This document shows, one piece after another, positions 47,168-47,402 of a stretch of DNA of 47,402 bases. Location of the stretch: positions 1 through 47,402 of the forward strand of contig JAKQHW010000060.1 in the NCBI GenBank assembly GCA_029557835.1, given 5' to 3'. Position 1 is the stretch's first letter, and each line of letters opens with the position of its first letter. The stretch comes from Candidatus Micrarchaeota archaeon (GTDB lineage: Archaea; Micrarchaeota; Micrarchaeia; Anstonellales; Bilamarchaeaceae). The notes under the pieces were generated by a model. That model had not been told where the DNA came from, made no database searches, and saw only the letters and a program-made list of their open reading frames with translations. The position numbers were made by a program, and so were the translations under genes.

Positions 47168-47402
47168 ATGGAAAACATCAATGTTTCAGACTGGCTAAAT
47201 GCTGCAGAGATTGATGCAAAAGCAGCTAGAGTTTTATTAAGAGAAGGACTTTACTCAACCGCAGTTTTTCATACTCAGCAGGCATACGAAAAAACATACA
47301 AGGCTTACTGGGCCTTCATTAAACATGACCCAGACTTGCTGAAAAAGTTTGGGCATCTCACTATTGACAAGAAGAAATTTGACGACATACATAAAGATTC
47401 GA
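47168..47402 (+). CDS. HEPN domain protein, 3' end outside the window
   Basis: MENINVSDWLNAAEIDAKAARVLLREGLYSTAVFHTQQAYEKTYKA..FGH translated by hand. Confidence 0.8.
   Translation, partial: MENINVSDWLNAAEIDAKAARVLLREGLYSTAVFHTQQAYEKTYKAYWAFIKHDPDLLKKFGHLTIDKKKFDDIHKDS

Larger units (their letters stand above)
46179..47402. mobile_element. Left end of integrative element 2 (continues beyond window)
   Basis: att fragment, paralogous integrase, then AT-rich cargo. Confidence 0.7.

Overview
Archaeal chromosomal window, most likely DPANN (Micrarchaeota-like), inferred from an epsilon2-type tRNA splicing endonuclease with the ARMAN-specific loop plus AglB, GGGP synthase and FtsZ2-like genes. Bases 1-33 kb are mostly GC-rich core genome: vapBC, two tandem ftsZ, aglB, two very large orphan proteins, ino1 + AIP synthase, rnhB, PRC-barrel, endA plus a second EndA-like subunit, RNase HI, an orphan methylase, a divergent long RelA/SpoT-like protein, LemA/GIDE, GGGP synthase-pyrE-pyrF, nnrD and a KaiC-like/roadblock/TldD operon. 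Bases 33.2-37.1 kb hold an arsR-led operon (ArsE/F/G-like plus frameshifted arsP). From 37.2 kb there are tandem tRNA-targeting integrative elements. Element 1 (about 37192-46195) has an apparently split tyrosine integrase, an AT-rich R-M pair, an unknown two-gene nuclease module, an HNH gene, a 310-nt highly base-paired non-coding element and a four-helix-bundle gene. Element 2 starts at a tRNA 3' fragment (46179) with a paralogous integrase and a HEPN gene and runs off the window. All calls come from motif recognition by eye; no database search or folding program was run.
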